DNA of 64,000 nucleotides from Centroscyllium fabricii (Eukaryota). The stretch lies in assembly GCA_051313645.2 (NCBI GenBank), contig JBNRSN020000089.1, positions 2,666,001 through 2,730,000 on the forward strand. Reading direction: 5' to 3'. The notes under the pieces are model-generated. The model had not been told where the DNA came from. It worked only from the letters and a program-made list of their open reading frames with translations, and ran no database searches. Shown here in pieces: positions 58,701 through 64,000 of the stretch; position 1 is the stretch's first letter; the number at the start of each line of letters is the position of its first letter. Position numbers and translations under genes: made by a program.

Positions 58701-61101
58701 GTGTACAATACATCAGACAATTTCCATCTGTGTACAATATATCAGACAAATGTCCATCTGTGTACAATACATCAGACAATATCCATCAGTGTACAATCCA
58801 TCAGACAATGTCCATCTGTGTACAATACATCAGACAATATCCATCTGTGAACAATATATCAGAAAATGTCCATTTGTGCACAATATATAAGACATTATCA
58901 ATCTGTGTACAATACATCAGACATTATCCATCTGTGTAAAATATATCAGACAATATCCATCTGCGAATAATACATCAGAAAATGTCCATCTGTGCACAAT
59001 ACATCAGACATTATCCATCTGTGAATAACACATCAGACATTATCCATCTGTGCACAATGCATCAGACAATGTCCATCTGTGAACAATACGTCAGACAATA
59101 TCCATCTGTGTAGAAAACATCAGACATTGTCCATCTGTGTACAATACATGAGACATTATCCATCTGTGTACAACACATCAGACATTGTCCGTCTGTGTAC
59201 AATACATCAGACAATGTCCATCTGTGAACAATACATCAGACAATGTCCATCTTTGTACAATAAATCAGACAATGTCCATCTGTGAACAATACATCAGACA
59301 ATATCCATCTGTGTACAATACATCAGAGAATGTCCATCTGTGAACAATAAATCAGACAATGTCCATCTGTGAACAATACATCAGACAATGTCCATCTGTG
59401 TACAATACTTCAGACATTGTCCATCTGTGTACAATACATAAGACAATGTCCATCTTGTGTACAATACATCAGACAATGTCCATCTGTGTACAATACATCA
59501 CACAGTGTCCATCATTGAACAATACATCAGACAATATCCATCTGTGAACAATACATCAGACAATATCCATCTGTGAACAATACATCAGACAATATCTATC
59601 TGTGTAAAATACATCAGACAATGTCCAACTGTACAATACATCAGACAATGTCCAACTGTGTACAATACATCAGACATTATCCATCTGTATACAATACATC
59701 AGACAATGTCCATCTGTGAACAATAAATCAGACAATATCCATCTGTGAACAATACATCAGACAATGTCCATCTGTGTACAATATATCAGACAATATCCAT
59801 CTGTGTACAATACATCAGACAATATCCATCTGTGTACAGTATATCAGACAATGTCCATCTGTGTACAATAAATCAGACAATATCCATCTGTGTACAATAC
59901 GTCAGACAATGTCCATCTGTGAACAATAATTCAGATAATGTCCATCAGTGTACAATACATCAGACAATGTCCATCTGTGTACAGTACATCAGACAATGTC
60001 ATCTGTGTACAGTACATCAGATATTATCCATCTGTGAACAATACATCAGACAATATCCATCTGTGTACAATACATCAGACAAATGTCCATCTGTGTACAA
60101 TACATCAGAAATTATCCATAAGTGAACAATACATCAGACAATGTCCATTAGTGTACAATACATCAGACATTATCCGTCTGTGTACAATACATCAGACAAT
60201 GTCCATCTGTGAACAATACATCAGACATTATCCATCTGTGTACAACACATCAGACAATATCCATCTGTGTACAATACATCTGAAAATGTCCATCTGTGAA
60301 CAATACATAAGACATTATCCATCTGTGTACAATACATTAGATATTATCCATCTGTGAACAATATATCAGACAAAATCCATCTGTGTACAATACATCAGAC
60401 AAATGTCCATCTGTGTACAATACATCAGACAATATCCATCAGTGTACAATACATCAGACAATGTCCATCTGGGTACAATACATCAGACATTGTCCGTCTG
60501 TGTACAATACATCAGACAATGTCCATTTGGGAACAATACATCAGATAATGTCCTTTTGTGTACAATACATCAGACAATGTCTATCTGTGAACAATACATC
60601 AGACAATATCCATCTGTGTACAATACATCAGAAAATGTCCATCTGTGAACAATACATCAGACAATGTCCATCTGTGTACAGTACATCAGAAAGTATCCAT
60701 CTTTGAACAATACATCAGACAATGTCCATCTGTGTACAATACATCGGAAAGTGTCCATCTGTGAACAATCTTTAAGGCAAAATCGATCTGTGTACAGTAC
60801 ATCAGACAATGTCCATCTTTGTACAATACATCAGACAATGTCCATCTGTGAACAAAACATCAGACAATATCCATCTCTGAACAATACATCAGAAAATATC
60901 CATCTGTGTACAATACATCAGACAATATCCATCTGTGTACAATACATCAGGTATTATCTATCTGTATACAATACATCAGAGATTATCCATCTGTGTACAA
61001 TACATCAGACAATATCCATCTGTGAACAATACATCAGACAATGTCCATCCGTGTACAATGCATCAGACAATGTCCGTCTGTGTTCAATACATAAGACAAT
61101 G

Positions 61102-61509
61102 CCTTGGAAAAAAGAAGGTGGAGGGGTGACATGATTGAGGTGTACAAGATCATGAGGGGACACGATAGGGTAGACAAAGGGGCATTGTTTCCCCTGGTGG
61201 GAGAGTCAAGCACTAGGGGACATAGATTCAAGATCAGGGGGGGGAGGTTTAGGGGGGAGGTAAGGAGAAATTTCTTTACCCAGAGGGTGGTGGAAGACTG
61301 GAACTCCCTGCCTGTGAGGGTGGTGGAGGCAGGAACCAACACAACATTTAAAAAATACTTGGACCAGCACATGAAGGACCATAACATACAGGGTTATGGG
61401 CCAGTTGCGGGCAACTGGGGTTAGAACAGTGAGGAGTTTTTCTGGGCCGGTGCGGACTGGATGGGCCGAATGGCCCTTATCCGCACTGTAAAATTTCTAT
61501 GATTCTATG
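61102..61509 (+). mobile_element. Duplicate of the 408-bp CR1 fragment
   Basis: Identical translation and junctions to 50947-51354, at offset 10155. Confidence 0.95.
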
Positions 61510-63168
61510 AATGACCATCTTGTGTACAATACATCAGACAATGTCCATCTGTGTACAATACATCAGACAACGTCCATCTGTGAACAATACATCAGACAAT
61601 GTCCATCTGTGAACAATACATCAGACAATATCCATCTGTGTACAATACATCAGACAATATCCATCAGTGTACAATACATCAGACAATATAAATCTGTTTA
61701 CAGTACATCAGAAAATGTCCATCTGTGTGCAGTACATCAGACAATATCCATCTGTGTACAATACATCAGACAATGTCCATCTGTGAACAACACATCAGAC
61801 AATGTCCATCTGTGTACACTACATCAGACAATGTCCATCTGTGTACAGTACATCAGCAAATGTGCATCTGTGTAAAGTACATCAGACAATGTCCTTCTGT
61901 ATATAGTACATCAGACAATGTCCATCTGTGTACAATACATCAGACACTGTCCACCTGTGTACAATACATCAGAAAATGTCCATCTGTGAACAATACATAA
62001 GACAATATCCATCTGTGTACAGTACACCAGACAATGTCCATCTTTGTACAATGCGCCAGAAAATGTCCATCTGTGAACAATACATGAGACATTATACATC
62101 TGTGAACAATACATCAGACAATATCCATCTGTGAACAATACATCAGACAATGTCCATCTGTGTACAATACATCAGACAATGTCCATCTGTGAACAAAACA
62201 TCAGACCACATCCATCTCTGAAAAATACATCAGAGAATGTCCATCTGTGTACAATACATCAGACATTATCCATCTGTATACAATATATCAGACAATAACC
62301 ATCTGTGAACAATACATCAGACAATGTCCATCTGTGGACAATACATCAGACAATGTCCATCTGTGTACAATACATAAGACAATGTCCATCTTGTGTACAA
62401 TGCAACAGACAATGTCCATTTGTGTACAATACATCAGACAAGGTCCATCATTGAACAATACATCAGACAATATCCATCTGTGAACAATACATCAGACAAT
62501 ATCCATCTGTGTACAATACATCAGACAATGTCCATCTGTGTACAATACATCAGACATTGTCCTTCTGTGTGCAATACATCAGACAATATTCAACAGTGTA
62601 CAATATATCAGACAATGTCCATCTGTGAACAATACATCAGATAATGTCCATCTGTGTACAATACATCAGACAATTTCCATCTGTGTACAATACATCAGAC
62701 AATATCCATCTGTGAACAATACATCAGATTATGTCCATCTGTGTACAATACATCAGAAAATGTCCATCTGTGAACAATCCATAAGACAATATCCATCTGT
62801 GTACAGTACATCAGACAATCTGTGACAATACATCAGATAATGTCCATCTGTGTACAATACATCAGACATTGTCCATCTGTGTACAATACATCAGACAATA
62901 TCCATCTGTGTACAATACATCAGACAAAGTCCATCTTTGAACAATAAATCAGACAATATCCATCTGTGAACAATACATCAGACAATATCCATCTGTGTAC
63001 AATGCAACAGACAATGTCCATCTGTGTACAATACATCAGACAATGTCCATCTTTGAACAATACATCAGACAATATCCATCTGTGAACAATACATCAGACA
63101 ATATCCATCTGTGTACAATACATCAGACAATGTCCATCTGTGTACAATACATCAGACCTTGTCCTTCT

Positions 63169-63494
63169 GTGGCATAGTGGTTAGCACTTTTGCCTCACAG
63201 CGCCAGGGACCCGGGTTCAAATCCAGCCTCAGGTGACTATCTGTGTGGAGTTTGCACATTCTCTCCGTGTCTGCGTGGGTTTCATCCGGGTGCTCCGGTT
63301 TCCTCCCACAGTCCAAAGATGTGCGGGTTATGTTGATTGGCCAGGATAAATTGACCCTTAGTGTTAGTGGGAATTAGGGGATTAGGCGGATTAAATATGT
63401 GGGGTTACGGGGATAGGGTGGGATATGTGTCAGTGCAGGCTCGATGGACCGAAATGGCCTCTATCTGCACTGTAGTGATTCTATGATTCTATGA
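63169..63494 (+). mobile_element. HE1-type V-SINE, variant A
   Basis: Same junctions. 10155 bp after the 53014 copy. Confidence 0.95.
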
Positions 63495-64000
63495 ATGTCC
63501 ATCTGTGTACAATACATCAGATAATGTCCATCTGTGATCAAAATATCAGACAATATCCATCTCTGAAAAATACATCAGAGAATGTCCATCTGTGAACAAT
63601 ACATCAGACATTATCCATCTGTGTACAATACATCAGACATTATCCATCTGTGAAAAATACATCAGAAAATGTCCACCTGTGGACAATGCATCAGACAATG
63701 TCCATCTGTGTAGAATACATAAGACAATGTCCATCTTGTGTACAATACATCAGATAGTGTCCATCTGTGTACAATACATCAGACAATGTCCAATTTTGAA
63801 CAATACATCAGACAATATCCATCTACGGACAATACATCAGACAATATCCATCTGTGTACAATACATCAGACAATGTCCATCTGTACAATACATCAGACAA
63901 TGTCCATCTGTGTACAATACATCAGAAATTATCCATCTGTGTATAATACATCAGACAATGTCCATCTGTGAACAATAAATCAGACAATATCCATCTGTGA

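Larger units (their letters stand above)
6220..64000. repeat. 29-bp satellite array, main block (about 1,900 monomers), continuing beyond the window
   Basis: Continuous same-orientation monomers with recurrent 27-, 28- and 30-bp indel variants. Interrupted only by 7 SINE and 2 CR1 copies. Confidence 0.99.
41700..64000. repeat. Young ~10.2-kb higher-order tandem unit (two full copies plus the start of a third)
   Basis: Near-identical ORF series at offset 10242 (41850/52092 to 47736/57978), then 10155 (48315/58470 to 53583/63738). The 87-bp difference equals three monomers lost near 58330. Confidence 0.93.

Noticed and set aside
215-63978. Hundreds of Cys/His-rich ORFs (YNTSDNVHLCTIHQTMSICVQYIRQCPSV) resembling zinc-finger repeats
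   Set aside because: They are the translation of a 29-bp monomer with no plus-strand stop: three monomers give the same 29 aa in all three frames. ORFs overlap in every frame and indels ignore frame.
1-64000. CRISPR-like 29-bp repeat with a partial dyad
   Set aside because: Monomers abut with no unique spacers, there are no cas genes, and the context is vertebrate retroelements.

Overview
Eukaryotic satellite DNA, most likely from a shark or ray (HE1-type V-SINE, CR1/HER1 LINE fragments). About 90% of the window is a 29-bp tandem repeat (consensus TGTACAATACATCAGACAATGTCCATCTG, roughly 2,000 monomers) with nested duplication periods from about 0.4 kb to 12.3 kb. Nearly all listed ORFs are artefacts of this repeat. 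One 3.1-kb non-satellite island (3077-6225) begins with NSRP1/CCDC55 coding sequence in which an exon-exon junction appears already spliced, then continues into a retained intron. That intron holds two CR1 fragments, a Penelope-derived inverted repeat with a decayed hammerhead core and a truncated SINE. The best reading is a partially spliced pre-mRNA copied into the array. Seven SINE copies and two CR1 copies within the array derive from two single insertions amplified with it. There is no intact gene and no CRISPR array. Gene and repeat-family names come from recalled similarity, not a database search.
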